Assembly (NCBI GenBank): GCA_030390025.1 | Contig: JASTWF010000033.1 | Span: 4,776,001-4,840,000, forward strand | DNA: 64,000 nucleotides | Direction: 5' to 3' | Origin: Squalus acanthias | Taxonomy: Eukaryota | Shown: positions 11,606-23,114 of the stretch, in pieces | Position numbering within the stretch: the first letter of the stretch is position 1 | Layout: every line of letters begins with the position of its first letter | Program-made: the position numbers and the translations under genes | The notes under the pieces: model-generated | Told to the model about the DNA's origin: nothing | The model's input: the letters and a program-made list of their open reading frames with translations, nothing else | The model's database searches: none

Positions 11606-11830
11606 TTTGAAAACAGAAAATGCTGGAAATTCTCAGCAGGTCAGGCTGCATCTGTGGGGGAGAGAGAGAGAAAAACATATCTAACGGTTCAGGCCTGTGA
11701 CCTTTCGTCAGAACTGGAAAATGTTAGAGTGGTAACAGATTTTAACCAGGTGCAGAGGCAGGGAAAGGCGGGAGGGGAGGAAGGAACACAAGGGATGGTC
11801 TGTGATATGGTGGAAGGCAGGAGTGGTTAA
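11606..11830 (-). mobile_element. Penelope terminal-repeat fragment with a decayed hammerhead
   Basis: aaaacagaaaatgctggaaattctcagcaggtcaggc...; the minus strand reads CTGACGAaaggtcacaggcctGAAC (core mutated). Confidence 0.65.
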
Positions 11831-12379
11831 ATCCGCCCTCTGAACCTGTGTGTGTTTTTCTGCACTTGTGAATAAGTGCTGCATTTCTGACATGTTACAT
11901 GGAGGGTGTTCTGGTTCAATAAGACCAAGTTTATTAATGGAAGTGATTGAAGTTGGAAATACGGATACCCGTTTTTGTTCAATTCTTTTTAATACTGTGA
12001 ACTAAAGAACTACAGCACTTTATATTTCTTGGTTGTCTGGTTGCATTGTGATTAATATTCTGATTACATATCTGGACGTACAGCATGTCAGCGCCATAGG
12101 AAAGCCGCTGCTCCTGCTGCTTGAGCTGCCATTGCTATAGTGACATGAGGGATTTGCTAATACGTTGAAAACCTTAAAATTAATAAAAATTGCACGAATA
12201 GATCTGCCTCATTCAGCTCACCTTGGGCTTTTGGATTATTTGTCGATGTGTAACTGAGTGACGTTTCTGAAGTGTTAATTTATTATTCTGCAGTTCTTTT
12301 ATATCCTATTCATTTCTGACAAGGATTTATTTAAATAGAGTTTGTACATGACGAACTAAAAGCTTTTAATTAATTCTAC

Positions 12380-12680
12380 CGTAATCAAACTTGCAGAATG
12401 GGCATATAAATGACAAGTGAATTTCAATATGGGTACGTGTGAGGTGGTGCATTTTGTTGGCAGGAAAAAGGACCCCAGCTACTCCTTGGAACATAAGAGT
12501 CTAAATGGGGAAGAGGTGCAAAGGGATCTCGGGGTATAGATTCATGAATCATCAGAAGTAGCAACGCCGGTTAAAATGCCATAAAAGTGGAAATAAAGCA
12601 CGGGTTCATTTCTAGAGGAATAGATTTCAAAATTAGGGAAGTTATGTTAAACTTGCAGAATCTTGTCTGATTGTCCATTG
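12380..12680 (+). mobile_element. Old CR1 LINE fragment
   Basis: aaacttgcagaatgggca...tgtgaggtggtgcatttt...gggttcatttctagaggaatag, like the CR1 copies at 16790-17060 and 30590-30850. Confidence 0.7.
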
Positions 12681-12874
12681 ATTTGAGACGGTGGGGTGAC
12701 AATATCTCATTTCTGTATATATGCTTTTAACTGGTTGTTGTTGCTGTCGTTGTTGTAAAAGTTGCTTTTCTAAAAGTTGTTCTGAAATTTGTTGTTGTAA
12801 AATTTGCCCACGGACGAAAAGGTCGCTCAAAGGAGTTCATGGCCGCTCAGTGCAAAAAAATTCGAGGAAACATT

Positions 12875-13750
12875 GGTGGGGAGGAGCTGAGGATATTAGG
12901 TGGGGAGGAGCTGAGGATTGTAGGTGGGGTGGGGATGTGCTGAGGATATTCGATGGGGTGGGGAGGAACTGAGGATATTAGGTGGGGTGGGGAGGAGCTG
13001 AGGATATTAGGTGGGTGGGGAGGAGCTGAGGATTGTAGGTGGGGTGGGGATGTGCTGAGGATATTCGATGGGGTGGGGAGGAGCTGAGGATATTAGGTGG
13101 GGTGGGGAGGAGCTGAGGATATTAGGTGGGTGGGGAGGAGCTGAGGATAATATTTGAGGTGGGGAGGAGCTGAGGATAAGAGGTGGGTTCAGGAGGAGCT
13201 GAGGATATTAGGTGGGGTGGGGAGGAGCTGAGGATATTAGGTGGGTTCAGGAGGAGCTGAGAATATTAGGTGGGGTGTGGAGGAGCTGAGGATATTAGTT
13301 GGGGTGGGGAGGAGCTGAGGATATTAGGTGGGTTCAGGAGGAGCTGAAGATATTAGGTGCGGTGGAGAGGAGCTGAGGATATTAGATGGGGTGGAGAGGA
13401 GCTGAGGATATTAGGTGGGGTGTGGAGGAGCTGAGGATATTAGATGGGGTGGAGAGGAGCTGAGGATATTAGGTGGGGTGTGGAGGAGCTGAGGATATTA
13501 GGTGTGGTGGGGAGGAGCTGAGGATATTAGGTGGGGTGGGGAGGAGCTGAGGATATTAGGTGGGGTGGGGAGGAGCTGAGGATGTTAGGTGGGGTGGGGA
13601 GGAGCTGAGGATATTAGGTGGGGTGGGGAGGAGCTGAGGATATTAGGTGGGGTGGAGAGGAGCTGAGGATATTAGATGGGGTGGGGAGGAGCTGAGGATA
13701 TTAGGTGGGGTGGGGAGGAGCTGAGGATATTAGGTGGGGTGGAGAGGAGT
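12875..13750 (+). repeat. 29-bp G-rich minisatellite
   Basis: Unit ggtggggtggggaggagctgaggatatta, about 30 copies with variants. Confidence 0.95.
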
Positions 13751-13834
13751 TTACGATGTTCGATGCATATATCGAAAGTCACAAAGGGAGCCTGAAGCAA
13801 ACAGGAGAGCAGTTCTGTTATTTGAAATAAATAA

Positions 13835-14583
13835 ATTGGCCCAGAAATTAAACATTGAGTGTTGACGCGGGGGTATGGCTTCCCCGCGTACTCTCACTCC
13901 GCCTTGGCTTTTTCAGATCCAGCTCGCACGAACTTGATGTTCTGGACAGCTGCTGTGCTGGGCTTGCGTATCCCACCGGCGTGGTGAATTCGTGCGAGCT
14001 GTGGGATCACGTGACTCAGTTAGAGCCACTGGCAGCACACCATCTTCCATTCATAAGTTTCATACAAGAACTGTGAAAGCTATGAATCTTGCACATCCCC
14101 AAAATAACAGCTAAACCTCAATTAAATAAAAAAAAAAACCATCACATTAATAAAATAAGTATAGTTAAATAAATTAACCATTTTAAATAAAAAATTAAAT
14201 TTTTGAAAAAATTTAAAATCTTTTAAAAAGTTATAAAAATAAACTTACCTGTCTTTAAAGTCTCTAAAAAAGATATAGCTGTTAAAAAAAATTCAAAATA
14301 ATACTTAATTCACTACTTACCCTGTTAAAAGTGGGTCTTACTCCTCCTTTTTTCATTTCTAAAATCTTCCGTCCTTACCTGCGCGTCCAAAGCACTAAGT
14401 GCACAGCGTGCGCGCAGCCTGTTGCGCGCACGCGGTGCACCGAGGAACCGCCCCCTATTCCAAAATGCAAGTGCCGGTTTTCAGCGCATGCGCAGTGCAT
14501 GCAGAAAACCGGCAATTGGTGACAGAATACGCGAGAGTACGCAGTGCGTACTCTCACGTATCAAGACTAATTTTTGGGCCAAT
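13835..14583. mobile_element. MITE-like element with 16-bp terminal inverted repeats
   Basis: attggcccagaaatta ... taatttttgggccaat (1 mismatch), AT-rich centre, subterminal palindromes at 14473-14513 and 14527-14561. Confidence 0.7.
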
Positions 14584-14809
14584 ATCTTCACCAACTTCTT
14601 CGAAAAGCAGTGGTGCAATGTGAGAAGCCAAGAGTTTACTTTGCAATAAATCCTCAGATTTTCTGATAAAATTCCAAAACCACACACAGTTTTAGATGGC
14701 TGCCTTTATTCATTATTATTGTTTTTTATTCAATACACTGATGCTTTGCTTCAAATATTGAAAAGACATTTCTCTACATGACATCTCACAATAGACATTA
14801 GAAAACATA

Positions 14810-17760
14810 CAGACTGCGCAGTTAAGTGACAAGTGACCATTAACAGAGATGAACTCGAGGTGATGTACTTTGGTAGGAAAATATAACACCATGAGGGTAG
14901 TGCGGTTGATGTTGTGTATATGGACTTTCAAAAGGCGTTTGACAAAGTACCACATGACATAACTGTTCATAAAATTGTAGTCCATGCGATTAATAGGACA
15001 GGGCAGCATGGATACCAAATTGGCTAAGGGTCAGAAAGCAGAGAGTAGTGGTGGCCGGTTGTTTTTCAGTCTGGAGGGAATTATACAGAGGTGTTCCCCA
15101 GGGGTCGCTATTAGGACCAGTGCTCTCTTTGATATATTTTAATGACCTAGAGTTGGGTATACAGGGCATCAAAACTCTGAAATGTAGCACACAATGAGGA
15201 GGATAGTCACAGACTTCAGGAGGACGTAGACTGTCTGGTCAACAAGAGAACATAAGCAATAGGAGCAGGAGTTGGCCATTCGGCCCTTCAACACTACTCC
15301 ACCATTCAATACGCTCCTGGCGAACCTTCGGTTTAAAAGTCATTCATGCAACACCTTCTAACTGACACTCATTCCTGCATATAAAGTTATCTCCTTACTC
15401 AGTTTACTGGCATATTTTCCATTAGCAGAATAAAATATAATTGGAGCCGAAATCAAGACACTAAATGCCAAGAACATTTGGCTGGGTCTTTACCCTTATA
15501 AACTGTTCCTCAGGCTGGAGGGATTGAGAGCTTCAGAGACGTCCCTGACATGATCCTACACTTCTCTGATGGCGTTTCTTTCGGAATCCAATCCCTTTGC
15601 TTACAGCATAGCCCGAACTCTGATTCAATTAGGCAGACACTGGGCAGATTCTATTGATCACAGAGAATTGTGAAGTGAAAAATGAGAAGAGGCAATGTGA
15701 TCTCAATGGTGTAACTACAAAGGGAGTGCAGGAACAGAGGGACCTAGGCATGTATGTACACTAATCTTTGAATGCGGCCGGACAATTTGAGAAGTATGTT
15801 AATAAATCATACGGGATCCTTCGCTTTATTAATAAGCAGTAGAGTACAAAAGCAATGAAGTTATGCGAAAACATTATAAAGCACTGATTAGGCTTCAGCT
15901 GGAGCATTGTGTCCAATTCTGGACACCACACTTTAGGAAAATGTCAAGGCCTTGGAGCGTGTGCAGAATAGATTTACTAGAATGGTACCAGAGACAAGGG
16001 ACTTCAGTTATGTGGAGAGACTGGAGAAGCTGGGGTTGTTCTGATTAGAGCAGAGAAGGTTAAGAGGAGATTTGATAGAGGTGTTCTAAAGGCTACATAG
16101 ATTTAATAGAGTAATTAAGGAGCAACTGTTTCCAGTGGCAGTGGGGTCGGTAACCAGATGACACAGATTTAATGTGATTGGCAAAAGAACCCGAGACAAC
16201 ATGAGGAAGCTTTTGTTTTACACAGCGAGTTGTTGTGATCTGGAATGCGCTGCCTGAAAGGGCGGTGGAAGCAGATTCAATAGTAACTTTCAAGGGGGAT
16301 TTGGAAAAAATACTTGAGATAAAATAAAATACTGTGGAAAGAGCAGAGGAGTGGAATGAATTGGACAGCTGTACCAAAGAGCCGGCACAGGTACGGTGGG
16401 CCGAATGGCCTCCTTCTGTGCTGTATCATTCCATGATTCTATAATCAACGATACCTTAGAAAATAAGAAACTGAACGTGGCAGAAGAGAAAAGGGCTCTC
16501 GGGATAAAAGTGAACAAATAAATAAAGCAGTATCACTGGACAGCAAAGCAGTTAAAATGTTAACAATGAATTGGGGTTTATTTCTAAGGCAATAGAATTC
16601 AAAAGAAGTGAAGTTGGCCAGTGGTGGAAAGTGGTGTTTCACAAGGATCGGTGCTGGCAACACTTTTGTTCACCATTTACTTCAACAATTATGACTCAGG
16701 AATCGGAAGTGCAATTTCAAACATTGTGGATGCCACCCAAATGGGAGTTTATACTTAATATAGAGGAGGACTGCGACAAAATACAGGAGGACGTTAATAA
16801 ACTTGCAGAATGGGCGTGTAACTGGCAAATTAACCTCAATATAGAGAAATGCGAGGTAGTGCATTTTAATAGGAAGAATACGGAGGTCACAGACTCCTTG
16901 GAGAATAAGTTCTAAACGGGGTTGAGGGACAGAGGGATGTGAGGATACAGTTACATAAATCACTAAAAGTTGCAATGCAGGTTGATAAGGCCATAAAAAC
17001 AAAGAAAGCACTGGGGTTCATTTCTAGAGGAGTAGAATTGTAAAGAATAGAAGTTATGTTAAACTTGTATGGAACCTTGGTTAGACCACACTTGGTGTAC
17101 TGTGAACATGGTCTCCATCTTATAAAAAGGACATAGAGGGACTGGCGAAGGTACAAACAGTATTTACTAGAATGATACCAGAACTGAGAGGTTATACCTG
17201 TCAGGAAAGACAGAACAGGCTGGGGCTCTTTCCTTTAGGAAAGTGAAGACTGAGGGATGATCAGATAGAGTTCTTTGAGATTATGAAAGGGTTTCATAGG
17301 GTAGATTAGAGAAGGTGTTTCTACTTTCAGGAGAGACTAGAACTCGGGGCCATAGATTTAAGATAGTCATTAATAAATTTAATAGGGAATTCAGGAGAAA
17401 CCTTTTTACCAAATGAGTGGTCAGAATGTGGAACTCGCTACCACAAGGAGCAGTTGATGCGAATAGCACAGACACATTTAAGGGGTAGCGAGACAAGCAC
17501 ATGAGGGGAAAGGAATAGAGCGATATTTTTACTGGGTTAGATGAAGGAGGGTGGGTGGAGGGTCGTGTGGAGCATGGACACCAACATGAACATTTTGAGT
17601 CGAATGGCCTGTCTCTGTGCTGTAAATACTTTGTAAATTGTATTAAACATGTATAGGACCGGGGTCAGGTCACACTTAGAGAACTGTTTATAGTTATGGT
17701 CTCCATAATATAAAAAGGTCAAAGAAGAACTGGAGAAAGTGCAAAAAATACTTACAACAT
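14810..17760 (+). mobile_element. Cluster of nested, decayed CR1 LINE fragments
   Basis: RT motifs such as [37 protein letters not shown] and KLAEWACNWQINLNIEKCEVVHF; 3' tails at ~16440 and ~17630. A short unassigned stretch lies at ~15330-15630. Confidence 0.75.
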
Positions 17761-18570
17761 CAACTTCTTGTATTTATATAGCGCCTTTAACATAGTAAAA
17801 TGACCCAAGCGATTCACAGGAGCGATATTGAACAACACCTGACCCTGAGCCACATAAGGAGGTATCTGGAATGATGACCAAAAGCTTAGTCAAAGAGGTA
17901 AGTTTTAAGCAGCATCTTAAAGGAGGAGGGAGATTTAGAGAAGCAGAGAGGTTCAGGGAGGGGATTCCTGAGCTTAGGGCCCAGGCAGCTGAAAGCACAG
18001 CCGCCAATGGTGGAGTGGTTACAATCGGAGATGTGAAAGAGGCCAGAATTAGAGGAACACAGAGATCTCGGGAGTGTTGTAGGGCTGGTGGAGCTTGCAG
18101 AGGTAGGGAGGGCGAGGCCATGTAGGGATTTCAAAGCAAGGATGATCATTTTAAAATGGAGGCATTGCCGGACCGGGAGTCACTGTAGGTCAGCGAGCAC
18201 AGGGGTGGTGGTTTACCGGGATTTGGTGTGGGTTAGGTTACGGGCAGCACAGCTTTGGATGAGCTCAAGTTATGGAGGGTGGGGGTTGGTAAGCCAGCCA
18301 GGAGAGAGTTGGTGTTATCAAGTCTAGAGCTAGCAAAGGCATGGATGATGGTTTGAGAATCAGATGAGCTGAGGCAGGGGCGAAGTTCGGCGATGTTACC
18401 GAGGTGGAAGTAAGCCGTCCTGGTGATGGAGTGAATATCCGGTCGGAAGATCATCCCGTACTGAAATACGACACCAAGGTTGCAAACAGAAATCGGGTGC
18501 TAAGGAGAGGGATGGAGTCGGTGTTTAGGCAACGGAGTTTGTGAAGTGGGCCAATAGCTTCGGTCTTACA
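17756..18570 (-). mobile_element. L2-clade LINE 3' fragment
   Basis: IFRPDIHSITRTAYFHLGNIAELRPCLS...IIHAFASSRLD and LKSLHGLALP...GGCAFSCLGPKLRNPLP...FKMLLKTYLF; 3' end aaaggcgctatataaa. Confidence 0.85.
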
Positions 18571-18845
18571 AATATTTAGTTGGATGGCACCAGAACTGAA
18601 AGATTGCGGCTATCGGGAAAGATTGAACAGGTTGGGCGTTCCTGCTATAGAAGAGAGAGGACTTTGCTGAGGCCTGATAGAGATCTTGAAAATTATGAAT
18701 GGGTTGGACAGGGTAGATGTGGAGAGAATGTTCACACTTGTGGGAGAATGCAACACTTGGGGTCATAAATACAGGATAGTTACTGATAAATTCAATTGGG
18801 AAATAAAGAGCAATTACTGTACTCAGAGAGTGGTTAGAATGTGGA

Positions 18846-20019
18846 ATTTCAAAAGGCTTTTGATAAGGTCCCGCATAAGAGACTAGCGTGTAAAGTTAAG
18901 GCACATGGGATTGGGGGCAAGGTATTGATCTGGATAGAGAACTGATTGGCGGACAGAAAGCAGAGAGTAGGAATTAATGGGTCTTTTTCCGAGTGGCAGG
19001 CATTGACTAGTGGGGTGCTGCAGGGATCGTTCCTTGGACCCCAGCTATTCACAATATACATTAATGATCTAGACAAGGGAACTAAATGTAATATCACCAA
19101 GTTTGCAGACGACACTAAGCTGGGTGGGAGTGTGTGCTGCGAGGAGGATGCCGAGAAACTCCATGATGATTTGGACAGGTTGGGTGAGTGGGCAGAAGCG
19201 TGGCAGATGCAATATAACGAGGTTATCCACATTGGTGTCAAAAACAGAAAGGCAGGCTATTATCTGAATTGCAAGAGATTGGGAGAAGGGGAAGTGCAAT
19301 GAAACCTGGGTGTCCTTGTGCACCAGTCGCTGAAAGTAAGCATGCAGGTGCAGCAGGCGGTGAAGAAGGCAAATGGTATGTTGGCCTTCATAGCGAAAGG
19401 GTTTGAGTATAGGAACAGGGATGTCCTGCTGCAGTTGTACAGGGCCTTGGTGAGACCACACCTTGAGTACTGTGTGCAGTTTTGGTCGCTTTATCTGAGG
19501 AAGGATGTTCTTGCCATGGAAGGAGTTCAGCGAAGATTCACAAGGCTGATACCTGGGATGGCAGGAATGACATATGAGGAGTGATTGGGTCGATTGGGCT
19601 TATACTCGCTGGAGTATAGAAGAATGAGAGGGGATCTCATCGAAACATATAACATTCTGACAGGTCTGGACAAACTAGATGCAGGAACAATGTTCCCGAT
19701 GGTCGGAGATTCCAGAACCAGGGGTCATAATCTAAGGATAAGGGGTAAGCCATTTTGGACAGAAATGAGGAGGAATTTCTTCACCCAGAGAGTGGTGAAC
19801 CTGTGGAATTCTCTACCACAGAAGGTAGTTGAGGCCAAGTCATTAAATATATTCAAGAATGAGTTAGATATATTTCTTAAAGCTAAAGGTATCAAGGGAT
19901 ATGGGGAGAAGGCAGGTACAGGGTACTGAGTTTGGATGATCAGCCATGATCTCATCAAATGGCGGAGCAGGCTCGAGAGGCCGAATGGCCTACTCCTGCT
20001 CCTATCTTCTATGTTTCTA
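18846..20019 (+). mobile_element. CR1 LINE 3' portion (RT to tail), copy A flanking GPCR exon 2
   Basis: KAFDKVPH...[13 protein letters not shown]...KFADDTKLGG...GYGEKAGTGY, tail ttctatgtttcta. Confidence 0.93.
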
Positions 20020-20480
20020 CCACAGGAAGTGCTTGAGGAAAACAGTTTAGATTATTTCAGAATGAAACTAAACCAGTAAAAGCAAGAAAGGGGAATAGAA
20101 AGATATCCTGAGAGACTGAGTTGAGGTAGATGCAATGAGAGGGGACTGATGTGGAGGATAAACACCAGCACAGACTGATTGGGCCGAAAAGCCTGTTTGT
20201 GTGCTGTATATTCCAGGTAATATAATCCTCTGAACTGCAGGTCAGCTCTGTCTGCCTACCTACTGACCAGGCTCTTACTCTGGAAGCTGCGAATGAATTG
20301 CTGCCCTCAATCGCTGAAGGGACACTTTTCAGAAGAGCTCAGAGTGAAAGCAGCAAACTAGTGGTCCTGTCCCGAAACACAATGTGGGAAATGTCAGTCA
20401 GAAACAGCGCCGAGTCCTAAACACAGTGCTCGCCCCGCCGCTGGCTGTATCTTCAGATCGCCAGCGATTGCTGGTGTAAT

Positions 20481-21465
20481 TCAGTGGGTGGCGGTCTGGG
20501 GCTGAATATTACATTCCTGCGCTGGAAACACTGGGAGCCGCATCTGGGCTGCGCTCACTTGTTTCTGATTATTAATGAATTGAATAATTGAGGTAAGCGG
20601 ATATTTCACCGCCCTCTTCACCTGCTCTCTGAACTTGGAATGGGTCACCCCATAAATAAATGTGTTCGTGCAGCAACTTAAACTCCGCAGCATAACTCCG
20701 ACTTGTTGAAAGATAAATAAAGAACCAGTGTAATAAAGGGGATTTGTTCCTGTAATGGTATAATATAAGAAATTTATAACATAGACCAGCCACAGCAGTA
20801 TGAAGCTGCCGGATATGGTGAAGAGTAAAATCATGGACTTCCTTCTGCTCTCCATCTCTGGGTCTCTGCCATTCTCTCCCTTGCTCTCACCCCTCAGTCC
20901 CTTACGGACCCGACTGGCCACTAAAATGTGTCTGACTGTCAGAGCGTTGAGCAACAGAATTAAAGCGAATGGGAGCAATGGGGTTAAAACCGTGTCAAAC
21001 CAGTCAAATCCCACCCACCCGGGCTCAGTAAAATAGTTTATGATTGTAGCACAGCCCCACGGCACATTGTGGATTATCCTCCTGGGTTGAAATATAAAGT
21101 AGCGGGGAACGTCTTTTAATCAGAGCAGAATGCCGGTTGTTCCAGAACCACAGCTGCAGTTTTCTTGGTGCAATATTTTCTTTTCAGCTTCTGGCAACAA
21201 ATGGCCACAAATCGATCAAAGGTGAAAGTGACGGTGAACCAGACAGAACAGTCTGTGGCTGCACGGGCCAGTACAGCGAGAACACTGCACACAGGGGTGA
21301 TGTACAGGAAAGACACTGGGAAATAAAACCAATTGATCTGCCTCAGTATGACCTCAATGACAATGGTTAGCAGATCCGCCGCTGCCATGGCCACCAGGTA
21401 GCGAGTGGTGCAGGTGGAGAGCCCGCACTTTCCCCGGGACAGGATCACAATCGCCAGCAAATTCA
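20481..21465 (-). CDS. GPR139-like GPCR coding exon 2 (TM1-TM7 and C-tail), disrupted
   Basis: ORFs 21116..21487 and 20481..21065 are the two halves. Restoring one base after ...GTT CTG GA gives T-T-G-I-L-L-*-L-K-D-V-P-R-Y-F-I-F-Q-P-R-R-I-I-H-N-V-P-W-G-C, which joins the downstream ORF in frame. Confidence 0.88.
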
Positions 21466-21539
21466 CTGTAAAACACAGAAGGGACAAGAGACTGGAAATT
21501 ACTGATCACACATTCTCCGAGTCTGAGCACAGACAGTAA

Positions 21540-21865
21540 GGGCTGGATTTTAACATCCCAAAAACCGGCGGATTGGTGTCAGGTCAGAGGTGAAAATTGA
21601 ACAATATCCTCCCGACCCCAACCCGCCTCCAACCCGCCCGCTTCCGAGTTTAACGGAGACGGGACAGGGGGGCGGGCAGCGAACCGCTCCCAGGAGGCGG
21701 GTTGGCAAGTTAAATATTTTAATGAGGCGGGCAGGCTCTGATTTACTCTGTTTTACAGGTTTAACTACGGCTGGCCGGGCTTCCTGTGCCTCGGGAATGA
21801 TTTCGCCCCCCAGCCTCCAAACTCTACCCAACGCCCGAAACCCCCCATGGATAGAAACCTGGGGT
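21540..21865. mobile_element. GC-rich MITE-like fragment
   Basis: Begins gggctggattttaac and has internal partial inverted repeats (cccgcc/ggcggg); truncated by the adjacent CR1. Confidence 0.35.
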
Positions 21866-23083
21866 TAAGTGGATGTGGTGTATATTGAATTTCTAAAGGC
21901 TTTTGATAAGGTCCCGCATAAGAGATTAGTGTGTAAAGTTAAGGCACATGGGATTGGGGGCAAGGTATTGATCTGGATAGAGAACTGATTGGCGGACAGA
22001 AAGCAGAGAGTAGGAATTAATGGGTCTTTTTCCGAGTGGCAGGCAGTGACTAGTGGGGTGCCGCAGAGATCGGTCCTTAGACCCCAGCTATTCACAATAT
22101 ACATTAATGATCTAGACAAGGGAACTAAATGTAATATCTCCAAGTTTGCAGACGACACTAAGCTGGGTGGGAGTGTGTGCTGCGAGGAGGATGCCGAGAA
22201 ACTCCAGGATGATTTGGACAGGTTGGGTGAGTGGACGGAAGCGTGGCAGATGCAATATAACGAGGATAAATACGAGTTTATCCACTTTGGTGTCAAAAAC
22301 AGAAAGGCAGGCTATTATCTGAATGGCAATAGATTGGGAAAAGGGGAAGTGCAACGAGACCAGGGTTTCCTTGTGCACCTGTCACTGAAGGTAATCATGC
22401 AGGTGCAGCAGGCGGTGAAGAAGGCAAATGGTATGTTGGCCTTCATAGCGAAAGGGTTTGAGTATAGGAACAGGGATGTCCTGCTGCAGTTGTACAGGGT
22501 CTTGGTGAGACAACATCTGAGTACTGTGTGCAGTTTTGGTTGCCTTATCTGAGGAAGGATGTTCTTGCCATGGAAGGAGTTCAGCGAAGATTCACAAGGC
22601 TGATACCTGGGATGGCAGGAATGACATATGAGGAGAGATTGGGACGATTGGGCTTGTACTCGCTGGAGTATAGAAGAATGAGACTGGATCTCATCGAAAC
22701 ATATAACATACTGACAGTTCTGGACAAACTAGATGCAGGAAGAATGTTCCCGATGGTCGGAAAATCCTGAACCAGGGGTCATAATCTAAGGATAAGGGGT
22801 AAGACATTTACGACAGAAATGAGGAAGAATTTCTTCACCCAGAGAGTGGTGAACCTGTGGAATTCTCTACCACAGAAGGTAGTTGATGCCAAGTCACTAA
22901 ATATATTCAAGAATGAGTTAGATATATGTCTTAAAGCTAAAGGTATCAAGGGATATGGGGAGAAGGCAGGTACAGGGTACTGAGTTTGGATGATCAGCAA
23001 TGATCTCATGGAATGTCGGAGCAGGCTCGAGGGGCCGAATGGCCTACTGCTGCTCCTATCTTCTATGTTTCTATGTTTCTATG
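21866..23083 (+). mobile_element. CR1 LINE 3' portion (RT to tail), copy B flanking GPCR exon 2
   Basis: Very similar to 18846-20019; tail (ttctatgt)3. Confidence 0.93.
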
Positions 23084-23114
23084 TCCGGAGCGGACATCTC
23101 CAAGACTGAGCATT

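Noticed and set aside
11020..12380. Unique-looking AT-rich sequence as possible exons or transposase remnant
   Set aside because: No sustained reading frame, convincing splice pair or recognisable motif.
12642..12830. Gln-rich ORF
   Set aside because: Arises from a short (ttg)n-like low-complexity tract beside a CR1 fragment.
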